This document shows positions 8,390 to 15,209 of a stretch of 24,000 bases of DNA, piece by piece. Source of the stretch: Extensimonas soli. Its GTDB lineage: Bacteria > Pseudomonadota > Gammaproteobacteria > Burkholderiales > Burkholderiaceae_C. Where the stretch lies: contig NZ_JARGEL010000021.1 of the NCBI RefSeq assembly GCF_029211265.1, forward strand, positions 1 to 24,000, in the 5' to 3' direction. Each line of letters opens with the position of its first letter. Position 1 is the first letter of the stretch. Made by a program: the position numbers and the translations under genes. The notes under the pieces were generated by a model. The model was given only the letters and a program-made list of their open reading frames with translations. It had not been told where the DNA came from and ran no database searches.

Positions 8390-9180
8390 TGAGGTCAAGG
8401 GGGTGTCCGGGTCGGATGGGCTTGCGGCGCGTGTCAAGGTAGTTGTCGCCTCATTCATGCAGCCACCGGCTGTCTATCGGAGTCGCCTGAATGCGTCTGG
8501 ACGATCGAGTCGCGTTCGGGGTTGAGGGTGACTGGGCCGATGGGCGACCAGTTGCGTGTCTTGCCCGACCAGCGAGCCGGATGGGCCTGGCGAGCCCGTG
8601 CATACAGTTCATGTCGCGCCGCCAGGATCGCACGATCCTCGCCCGCATGGCGCTGCGCGGGGCTCACGTAGCGGATGCCGCTGTGCCGATGCTCGTGGTT
8701 GTACCAATGCACGAAGCCAGCCGCCCAGGCGCGCGCGGCCTCCAGGTCGGCAAAGCCCTTGGCGGGGAACTGCGGGCGGTACTTGGCCGTGCGGAACAAG
8801 GACTCGGCATAGGCGTTGTCGTCGCTCACGCGCGGACGCGAGTACGAGGGCTTGACCCCCAGCCAATCGAGCATCGCCAGCACCGTGGTGGCCTTGAGCG
8901 TGGAGCCATTGTCGCCATGCAGCACCGGCTTGGCATCCAGCGCGGCAATGCCCTCGGCCAGCGCCGTGCGGCGCACCAGGTGGGCGGCATGCTGCGAATC
9001 ATCGGTTGCGTGCACCTCCCAGCCCACGATCTTGCGGCTGTACAAGTCCAGGATCAGGTACAGGTGAAACCAGCGCCCCAGCACAGCAGCCGGCAGATAG
9101 GTCATGTCCCAGCACCACACCTGGCGCGGTGCGGTGGCGATGTGCGTGGAGGAGGCAATTTCAATGTCTCGGTTCGCCAA
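8390..9180 (-). mobile_element. IS3-family insertion sequence remnant (3' ~0.8 kb only; orfA and the 5' part of orfB are missing)
   Basis: A TG-initiated terminal sequence TGAGGTCAAGGGGGTG at about 8390 is a plausible terminal inverted repeat. It is followed by a transposase core ORF. High-GC IS sequence stops abruptly at about 9180, where AT-rich island DNA begins. Confidence 0.7.
8455..9180 (-). pseudogene. IS3-family transposase OrfB (rve/DDE integrase core), 5'-truncated
   Basis: The DDE core is recognisable: QVWCWDMTYLP (D), LHGDNGS (D), AYAESLFRTAKYE-like (E), and HWYNHEHRHSGI. Only about 20 aa precede the first catalytic block, whereas intact OrfB proteins have about 100 or more. There is no upstream orfA or frameshift region. 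Confidence 0.8.
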
Positions 9181-9217
9181 ATTTCAGAGTGTAAATATTC
9201 TCTATGAATAGGCTATT

Positions 9218-9234
9218 TGTTCCGAATTGGAACA
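9218..9234. promoter_or_regulatory. Candidate operator/UAS, palindrome TGTTCC-GAATT-GGAACA (copy 1)
   Basis: 17-bp sequence with perfect 6-bp inverted arms. An identical copy lies 67 bp downstream. Both are 340-420 bp upstream of xmoC in AT-rich DNA. Confidence 0.4.
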
Positions 9235-9284
9235 ATATTTTAGGGTGGCATAACCAAGTTAAAACTGAAGATCCCCTGATATGT

Positions 9285-9301
9285 TGTTCCGAATTGGAAC
9301 A
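9285..9301. promoter_or_regulatory. Candidate operator/UAS, palindrome TGTTCC-GAATT-GGAACA (copy 2)
   Basis: Exact 17-bp repeat of 9218-9234. It is followed by a TATAAA hexamer at 9311-9316. Confidence 0.4.
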
Positions 9302-9641
9302 GTGCCTCGGTATAAACCCTAGGCCCCATATCGCAAGACGCAAACTCTCGTTAAACTTAAAGGGTGCTGGCTGTAGAAAGTCGCGCTCGCAGAGGACGTC
9401 CGGTTCCACGTCGCATGAAGGATGCAATGCGCTCGGGATTTATGTGTTCTGCGGCAGCTTCGAGCGAAGAGATGGACCTGCTGCCACAGCCATGGTCGGT
9501 CATGGTGCAACCTTTCAAAGGAAGGCGCGGGTCTGGAGTTCAGGTTGGCTTCGGCTTTTCGTTCTGAGCATGCTTTCAGTGGATTCTATGGCAGAGCACA
9601 CAATGGAGGCGGTAGTTTTTTTTCAACTGTAGGAGGTTGTC

Positions 9642-10436
9642 ATGTCAGCAGTAATCAACTCTGTCGGGAGGGACTCTCAAAAAGTCTCAAGCACTGACGA
9701 TAAGATGTTCAAAGTTGCCCCGGTGGCAATCGTCTGGGGTATTTTGCTTGCCATTTACCTTGGGTTGCGGGTCTACCAGCAAGAGTTCGCATTTAGCGTT
9801 GGTCTGGATTCGACTGCGCCCGAATTCGCCACGCACTGGATGGCGTTGCTGAAATTCGAGTTACCTGTGATATTTGGCTCGGGGGCGATAATATGGGCTT
9901 ACTTGTGGTTTACCCGTGACCGCAACATGGATGCACTGACTCCCAAGGAGGAGTTGCGTCGGTATTTTTCGCTCGTCAGTTGGTTCTTGCTTTATACCTT
10001 CGCCTTCCTGTGGATTGCCGGCTTTTTCGGCGAAGGTGATGCCGTCTGGCATCAAACGGTTGTGCGGGATACCTCCTTTACGCCCAGTCACATCGTTGTG
10101 TTCTATGCGTGCGTGCCAACCTATATCGTGTTTGGTGTAAGCGCACTGCTGTACGCAACGACGCGTCTGCCCCTTTTTGCCAAAAGGTATTCGGTGCCGT
10201 TGATCATGGTCGTTCTGGGGCCGGGCCTGATTTTGCCCAATCTTGGCTTCAATGAATGGGGGCACGCTTTCTGGTTGACTGAAGAAATCTTTAGCCATCC
10301 ACTGCATTGGGGTTTTCCGATTCTTGGCTGGACAGGTTTTGCTCTGGGCGGAGTTTTGTTGCAAGTGCTGAATCGCATGTACCAATTGTTTAGGCAAATC
10401 GATGGGTCGCCCGTAACGGACGCCACGGCTGCCTGA
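9642..10436 (+). CDS. xmoC: Copper membrane monooxygenase subunit C (AmoC/PmoC family)
   Basis: 264 aa, strong RBS AGGAGG 6 nt upstream. The hallmark block GDAVWHQTVVRDTSFTPSHIVVFY carries the CuC-site triad spacing D-x3-H-x12-H (D133, H137, H150). NEWGHAFWLTEEIFSHPLHW carries the CuD-type N-x3-H-x13-H (N204, H208, H222). Multiple TM helices. Confidence 0.93.
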   Translation: MSAVINSVGRDSQKVSSTDDKMFKVAPVAIVWGILLAIYLGLRVYQQEFAFSVGLDSTAPEFATHWMALLKFELPVIFGSGAIIWAYLWFTRDRNMDALTPKEELRRYFSLVSWFLLYTFAFLWIAGFFGEGDAVWHQTVVRDTSFTPSHIVVFYACVPTYIVFGVSALLYATTRLPLFAKRYSVPLIMVVLGPGLILPNLGFNEWGHAFWLTEEIFSHPLHWGFPILGWTGFALGGVLLQVLNRMYQLFRQIDGSPVTDATAA

Positions 10437-10450
10437 GACTTAGAAAATGG

Positions 10451-10512
10451 GAGAGTTCCTAAACCAGTTTGAAAAGGAAGAATTGCTTCCAAAATTCCGG
10501 TTTAGGACTCTC
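10451..10512 (+). other. Nested intercistronic stem-loop in the xmoC-xmoA spacer
   Basis: The outer stem is GAGAGTTCCTAAACC (10451-10465) / GGTTTAGGACTCTC (10499-10512), 14 bp with one bulged T. The inner hairpin is GGAAG-AATTG-CTTCC (10476-10490). Confidence 0.55.
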
Positions 10513-10533
10513 TGAAACAAGGGGATATATCAA

Positions 10534-11346
10534 ATGAATAGCAACGACCAAGCCATCCTGGCTATCTCGGGGCTCTCACCGCAAACTTTGCGATGGTCAC
10601 GAACTTTTGACATGTTAATCATCGTGATCGCCGCGTTCTTGGTGTGGGCGGTGAGTCACATCAACTTTCTGTTGCTTGCGGGTGATTGGGACTTTTTTAT
10701 TGACTGGAAAGATCGGCAGTATTGGGTTCTGATCATGCCGATTTCGACGATCATCACTGCAGCGGCCTTTCAGTCGATATTCTGGAACCTATTTAGGCTT
10801 CCCATCGGAGCCACCGCCAGCATGATGCTGTTGCTGATCAGCGTATGGATCGTGCGTTATCACGGCTGGCATACCTGGGCGGGTTTCCCTCTCAGTCTGG
10901 TTGTGCCGGCATCGTGCGTGATGGGGGCAATTGTGATGGACACTATCTTGGTCATTACGCGCAGTTGGGTCCTTACAGGGGTCTTTGGAGGGGTGCTGTT
11001 TTCGGTGCTCTTTTTTCCCAGCAACTGGACTTATTTGGCGCCTTATTTCCTTCCTGTGGAGCACATGGGTGAGGTGGCTCCAATCGCCGATATTATTGGT
11101 TATACATTCCCGCGTACGGCGACGCCCGAATATATTCGCATCATTGAACGTGGAAACCTCAGGACCTTCGAGGATTCGGCAAGCTGGGTATCAGCTGCCT
11201 TCGGCGGTTTTCTCTGCATATTTATCTATTGGATTTTTTGGACAGTCGGTGTTGTGGCCTGCAGCACTAAGTCGATTGCAGTGGGTCAGCGCTTTATGAT
11301 GCTGTTCGGTTTCAAGGGCAATAAAGGCGCGGAGGTGACTCAATGA
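10534..11346 (+). CDS. xmoA: Copper membrane monooxygenase subunit A (AmoA/PmoA family)
   Basis: 270 aa. Diagnostic blocks are GDWDFFIDWKDRQYW and PRTATPEYIRIIERGNLRTF (compare AmoA/PmoA GDWDFW.DWKDR and RTGTPEY.R..E.G.LRTF). Polytopic membrane protein. The stop overlaps the xmoB start (ATGA). Confidence 0.93.
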   Translation: MNSNDQAILAISGLSPQTLRWSRTFDMLIIVIAAFLVWAVSHINFLLLAGDWDFFIDWKDRQYWVLIMPISTIITAAAFQSIFWNLFRLPIGATASMMLLLISVWIVRYHGWHTWAGFPLSLVVPASCVMGAIVMDTILVITRSWVLTGVFGGVLFSVLFFPSNWTYLAPYFLPVEHMGEVAPIADIIGYTFPRTATPEYIRIIERGNLRTFEDSASWVSAAFGGFLCIFIYWIFWTVGVVACSTKSIAVGQRFMMLFGFKGNKGAEVTQ

Positions 11347-12605
11347 TTTTCCTCCTGAAAAGAATCACGATGCTGCTGATGGCGGTATCGGCCCTGATGG
11401 TTGGGCTGATGCCTGGCGTGGCGATGGCGCATGGAGAGCGTGCAACGGAGCCATACATCAGAACGCGTACCGTTCATTGGTATGACGTCAAGTGGTCTAC
11501 AGAAAAGGTCAACGTGAACGACCAAGTTGTCGTTACGGGGAAATTCAGGCTTTTCGGCGACTGGCCCGAGGCGGTGAGTCTCCCTAATTTGACCTATCTT
11601 GGAAACGGAGCGCCGTCAGCAATGCTGGTGCGAGAGGAGACCTACATCAACGGAATTCCTGCGCGCCAATCGCATAAGGATCTGGTGCTTGGTAGGGACT
11701 ATGACTTCAAAATAGTGTTGCGTGGGCGGGTTCCAGGGAAGTGGCACTTTCACCCAATGCTCAACGTTTCAGGCGCAGGTCCGATCATCGGGCCAGGAGA
11801 CTGGATTGAGGTCGTGGGCAATCGTGCGGACTTCAAGCAGTCGTTAACGACCATGCATGGCTTGAAAATCGACGATCTCGAGACTTATGGGGTCAAGAAC
11901 GCACAAATTTGGCAGGCCGGGCACGTGCTGCTGGCGATTGTTTGGTTGCTATGGTGGCTTCGTCGCCCGCTGATAATTCCTCGCTGGAGAGCCAAGGAGC
12001 AAGGGCGGGACGATCTGCTTGTCACGCGAACCGATGATCGCATGGCGGTGGTGTTTTTTGTCGTAGTGCTAGCGGTTGTCATTATTGGGTTCACCCAGGT
12101 CAAGAAAAACTATCCACAACTCGTTCCGTTGCAGGCGGGTGTGGAAAAGCCGGAGCCACTTCCGGCAGGGCCTCAGTGGGTGACGGTGAAGTACAAACGC
12201 GCAGAATACGACGTGCCAGGTCGGAGCATGCGAATCGTGGCTGAGTTTGAAAATCTATCTGACCGGGCAGTGACCATTGGTGAGTTTGATACAGCAAATC
12301 TCCGCTTCGTCAACAAGGCTTCTCCAGTCGCTCTGAAGGCGGTGGATCCGAAATATCCCAAAGAATTGTTACCTGCACATGGCTTGGTATTGGACAAGCA
12401 GGAGCCGCTGCAGCCAGGCGAGAAAAGAACGGTGGTTCTGAACGCCACAGACGCGGCTTGGGAAGTTGAGCGGCTCGTGAGCTTCCTGACGAACGTCGAT
12501 AGCCGGACTGGCGGGTTGATCTTCTTCTATGACGAGAAGGGAAATCGCTCGATCAGTGAAGTCTCCGGACCTATCTTGCCTGTCTTCAAAGGAGCCAGGA
12601 TTTGA
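11343..12605 (+). CDS. xmoB: Copper membrane monooxygenase subunit B (AmoB/PmoB family)
   Basis: 420 aa. The signal peptide ends VAMA|HGERATEPYIRTRTVHWYD, giving a mature N-terminal His (H30). An HxH motif is present in KWHFHPMLNVSGAGPIIGPGDW (H135, H137). Two central TM helices separate two cupredoxin-like domains, as in PmoB. Confidence 0.93.
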   Translation: MIFLLKRITMLLMAVSALMVGLMPGVAMAHGERATEPYIRTRTVHWYDVKWSTEKVNVNDQVVVTGKFRLFGDWPEAVSLPNLTYLGNGAPSAMLVREETYINGIPARQSHKDLVLGRDYDFKIVLRGRVPGKWHFHPMLNVSGAGPIIGPGDWIEVVGNRADFKQSLTTMHGLKIDDLETYGVKNAQIWQAGHVLLAIVWLLWWLRRPLIIPRWRAKEQGRDDLLVTRTDDRMAVVFFVVVLAVVIIGFTQVKKNYPQLVPLQAGVEKPEPLPAGPQWVTVKYKRAEYDVPGRSMRIVAEFENLSDRAVTIGEFDTANLRFVNKASPVALKAVDPKYPKELLPAHGLVLDKQEPLQPGEKRTVVLNATDAAWEVERLVSFLTNVDSRTGGLIFFYDEKGNRSISEVSGPILPVFKGARI

Positions 12606-13540
12606 TCAAGGGGCCTGCGGATGGATGGCGTGCTGAGGGTGCTCCACAGCTGCCGTCAATACGCCATCATCTGCGGAGCCCTTGGTCATTTATTGCATGC
12701 CTGATAGCTTTGCTATTACTGAGTGCGTGCGAAGGTCCTCAGACGAAGATTCTTCGCACGCCAATGGTGCATGATTACGGAGAGGATGCCATTGGAGAAA
12801 ACCGTTGCGAGCGGCGGGTGCCGCCGCAAGGGGAAAAGGAGCAGTTCGGCGGATGGAAGTTTCAAGATGGAGGAAGTCGATATCTCGTCAAGGTCCCTGT
12901 CAATTACGAAGAAAGCCGTATGCACCCATTGCTGGTGGTTTTTTCTCCAGCTGGAGCAAGCGCTGAAGACAACGAGCGATTCACGCGTCTGACGCCCGTT
13001 GCCACCGAAAAAGGATTCGTGGTAGCTTATATAGCAAGTAGGCCGATGAGCCTTGCTAGCGTAAAAGCTCAAGCAAAAGTGATTGGGACACTGATGGCGG
13101 GCTGGTGCATAGATCCGAAACAAGTCTTTTTTGCTGGACATTCGGATGGGGGGACAGTATCAACAATATTGGCTCTGTTGCCTGAGTCGCGTGGAGTCGC
13201 AAGCGGAATTGCAGTCAGCGCTGCAGGCGTATTGCCCTTAGATACACAGCCGATGGGCTGCCCCTCAAAGCCGCTGAAGGTGTTGCTAATGCATGCGGAA
13301 GACGACACACACTTCCCAGGATATGGTCGCAAAATGGCGCAATGGTGGTCGCAGTGTTTTCGCTGTACTGGTGTAGAGGCAAAGCCGGATGCAAAGGGAT
13401 GTAGGAATTATATTGGGTGCGAATCAAGCGAGCTGAAGTTTTGCGAAGGGTCTGGTGGACACACAAAATGGCCCGCTATGCAGAGTGAAATGTTGAATTT
13501 TTTTCTGTCGAAACAACTGGACAACCCAAGGGGACAATAA
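12602..13540 (+). CDS. Lipoprotein alpha/beta-hydrolase (PHB-depolymerase/esterase-like serine hydrolase)
   Basis: 312 aa. The only canonical start is TTG at 12602, overlapping the xmoB stop. Lipobox LLLSAC. Nucleophile elbow GHSDGG, with candidate triad Asp (HAEDDTHF) and His (GSGGHTKW). The layout resembles the esterase/PHB depolymerase family (LLVVFSP...GFVVAY...FFAGHSDGG). Confidence 0.65.
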   Translation: MIKGPADGWRAEGAPQLPSIRHHLRSPWSFIACLIALLLLSACEGPQTKILRTPMVHDYGEDAIGENRCERRVPPQGEKEQFGGWKFQDGGSRYLVKVPVNYEESRMHPLLVVFSPAGASAEDNERFTRLTPVATEKGFVVAYIASRPMSLASVKAQAKVIGTLMAGWCIDPKQVFFAGHSDGGTVSTILALLPESRGVASGIAVSAAGVLPLDTQPMGCPSKPLKVLLMHAEDDTHFPGYGRKMAQWWSQCFRCTGVEAKPDAKGCRNYIGCESSELKFCEGSGGHTKWPAMQSEMLNFFLSKQLDNPRGQ

Positions 13541-14157
13541 TGAGGTTTTGGTCAAAAATTGCTCGAACGGCCATCTTTGGCGATGGCACTGTACGTCGAG
13601 CTGTGTGGCCTTTTTTAGCGCTGTGCTGCAGCATGGCAGCGCCGATGGCAATGGCGCACGGTGGCCTCAGCATGGATCAGGACAAGTGTGTGCTCAGGGT
13701 CGGTCCTTATTTTATGCATTTCGCTGGCTACCAGCCCAGCAGTAGTGGGGCTACGGAGTTTTGTGAGGATATTCCAGCGGCCGGCCAGACGGTAGTGACG
13801 ATCGACGCGATCGACGACGCGCTACGATCTATGCCGCTACAAGTAAGAATAGTTCGAGACACCGGAGCTCCACCCGCGGAGCCGCCACGCGAGGCAGACA
13901 CAGTGCTGTATATACCTCCCAAGTTGTATCCAGCAGGCAGCGTGTCGTTTGAATATAAATTCGATGGTCCGGGGAAATTTGTTGGCTATGTACAGGCAGG
14001 TGACAATGGTCAGCATGTGTCCAGGTTTCCATTCAGTGTCGGTCGCACACAAAGTGTTTGGAGTAGCATGATGCCATATGTGGGCCTGGGTACGCTGGCG
14101 TTACTGTTGTTGGCGTACACAGGAAGGCGGCGGATATCATCCAAGTCGGTCAATTAA
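13540..14157 (+). CDS. Secreted, C-terminally membrane-anchored protein with predicted mature N-terminal His; PmoD/AmoD-like architecture (unverified)
   Basis: 205 aa. The start overlaps the upstream stop (TAATG). The signal peptide ends PMAMA|HGG. It has a ~135-aa periplasmic domain with Cys50, Met59-His60 and Cys75, plus one C-terminal TM helix (YVGLGTLALLLLAY) and a basic tail. Its position after the CAB genes mirrors amoE/amoD and pmoD. Confidence 0.55.
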   Translation: MRFWSKIARTAIFGDGTVRRAVWPFLALCCSMAAPMAMAHGGLSMDQDKCVLRVGPYFMHFAGYQPSSSGATEFCEDIPAAGQTVVTIDAIDDALRSMPLQVRIVRDTGAPPAEPPREADTVLYIPPKLYPAGSVSFEYKFDGPGKFVGYVQAGDNGQHVSRFPFSVGRTQSVWSSMMPYVGLGTLALLLLAYTGRRRISSKSVN

Positions 14158-14331
14158 GTCCGGCATTGGAGTTATATAAGAATGGTGTGTGATGAGTCAT
14201 CTGACCGAGAATATCGGGGTTTCTATGTGTGTGCTGGTTTAATTCTGGGCGTGGAATAATTTATTTGGATTTGATATAGATAGGCGCTCGAAATGTTCAA
14301 GTTTGTAAAATAGATTGAGAATAACCTAATC

Positions 14332-14838
14332 ATGAATATCAATATGAATCAAAGCATGGCCAGTCGAGCTGGCGTTATTTGTGCAATGGTGTGCGCGACG
14401 TTCTTGCCGATAAGTGCTGTCAATGCTGGCATGCATGATCACGCGGGTCATGCCAACGATAAAGCGGTTTCCAAGCCAGTGGAGAAAGGGGATTTCCCGT
14501 CCTTGCGATTCCTCTCGCCGAAGTCTAACGACAAAATTGGTCGTGTTATCACCGTTGAGTTCGAGACACCTGCGGACTTGACGAAAATGACAATGGGGGG
14601 TGGGGTGGTGGGTGTCCATCTTCATTTGGACTTGGATGGAGCGGTCATGATGCCAACCAGCTCCGAACTGACCCGTACTGCCAAGGACCGTTACCGTTAC
14701 ACCTTCGATCTGCCAGTGAAGCCCGGAACACACGTCGTAAAGATCTATTGGTCTGATAGCATGCATAAGACAATAGAAGAATCAGTTCAGACGGTCCGCT
14801 TCACGGTGGTAGAAGGGCAATCTGGAGATAAGCAGTGA
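14332..14838 (+). CDS. Periplasmic His-rich Ig-like protein (DUF4399-like), putative copper-binding
   Basis: 168 aa. The signal peptide ends AVNA|GMHDHAGHAND. The body resembles DUF4399 proteins (LRFLSPKSNDKI...VTVEFE, GVHLHLDLDG, PGTHVVKIYWSD). The stop overlaps the copC GTG start (GTGA). Alternative in-frame ATGs exist at 14344 and 14356. Confidence 0.6.
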   Translation: MNINMNQSMASRAGVICAMVCATFLPISAVNAGMHDHAGHANDKAVSKPVEKGDFPSLRFLSPKSNDKIGRVITVEFETPADLTKMTMGGGVVGVHLHLDLDGAVMMPTSSELTRTAKDRYRYTFDLPVKPGTHVVKIYWSDSMHKTIEESVQTVRFTVVEGQSGDKQ

Positions 14839-15209
14839 GTCGACGCAGCGCGCTCAAGGCAATGCTGGGCGCATCCTGCTTGGTGCTGCTGGCACCATTT
14901 GCACGTGCTCATGCGGGACTCGAAAAGTCCGAACCTGCACGACGCGCGACACTGAGCAAGGCGCCTAAGAAAATCCGGCTGTGGTTTAACGAACGTCTCG
15001 AGCCTGATTACGCCTCGGTAAAGCTCTACGGAGAAGATGGCGAGAAGCTAATAGAGACGCCTAAGGCCGTGGTCGACGCCATGGATCCCAAGTTGTTAGA
15101 GATGGAGTTGCCGCCTCTGCCGCCGGGCCAGTACACAGTGAAGTACCGTGTGCTGTCGGTTGATGGGCACACGGTTGACTACGGTTACGTTTTCACAATA
15201 AAGCCCTAG
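14835..15209 (+). CDS. copC: Copper chaperone/resistance protein CopC (Cu(II)-site type)
   Basis: 124 aa. The signal peptide ends ARA|HAGLEKSEP, the classic CopC mature N-terminus H-x-x-L-x-x-S-x-P. A D-x-H motif occurs in LSVDGHTV. There is no Met-rich Cu(I) loop. Confidence 0.85.
   Translation: MSRRSALKAMLGASCLVLLAPFARAHAGLEKSEPARRATLSKAPKKIRLWFNERLEPDYASVKLYGEDGEKLIETPKAVVDAMDPKLLEMELPPLPPGQYTVKYRVLSVDGHTVDYGYVFTIKP

Noticed and set aside
8491-9207. 238-aa plus-strand ORF across the IS remnant
   Set aside because: It is antisense to the DDE transposase frame, which has the conserved D, D, E blocks. It has no motifs of its own.
9246-9560. Sigma-54 promoter to go with the TGT-N11-ACA palindromes upstream of xmoC
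   Set aside because: Every TGGC-containing candidate (for example TGGCATAACCAAGTT, TGGCTTCGGCTTTTCG, TGGAGTTCAGGTTGG, TGGCAGAGCACACAA) lacks the GC of the -12 element at the correct spacing. No enhancer-binding protein gene is nearby.
9204-9632. 142-aa ORF (and 9161..9427, 9422..9697) in the region upstream of xmoC
   Set aside because: There is no RBS and the composition is odd and Cys/Arg-rich. It spans the twin palindromes and the leader hairpin. It is more parsimoniously non-coding promoter/leader sequence, as in other pmo/amo operons.
14192-14202. Palindrome GATGAGTCATC in the 14158-14331 gap
   Set aside because: It is short (11 nt) and single-copy, with no associated regulator or promoter geometry that I can support.
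14294-14309. Cop-box-like direct repeat TGTTCA-N4-TGTAAA upstream of the DUF4399-like gene
   Set aside because: It is only loosely similar to CopR/CusR-type boxes and lies in very AT-rich sequence where such hexamers arise by chance. No copRS genes are in the window.
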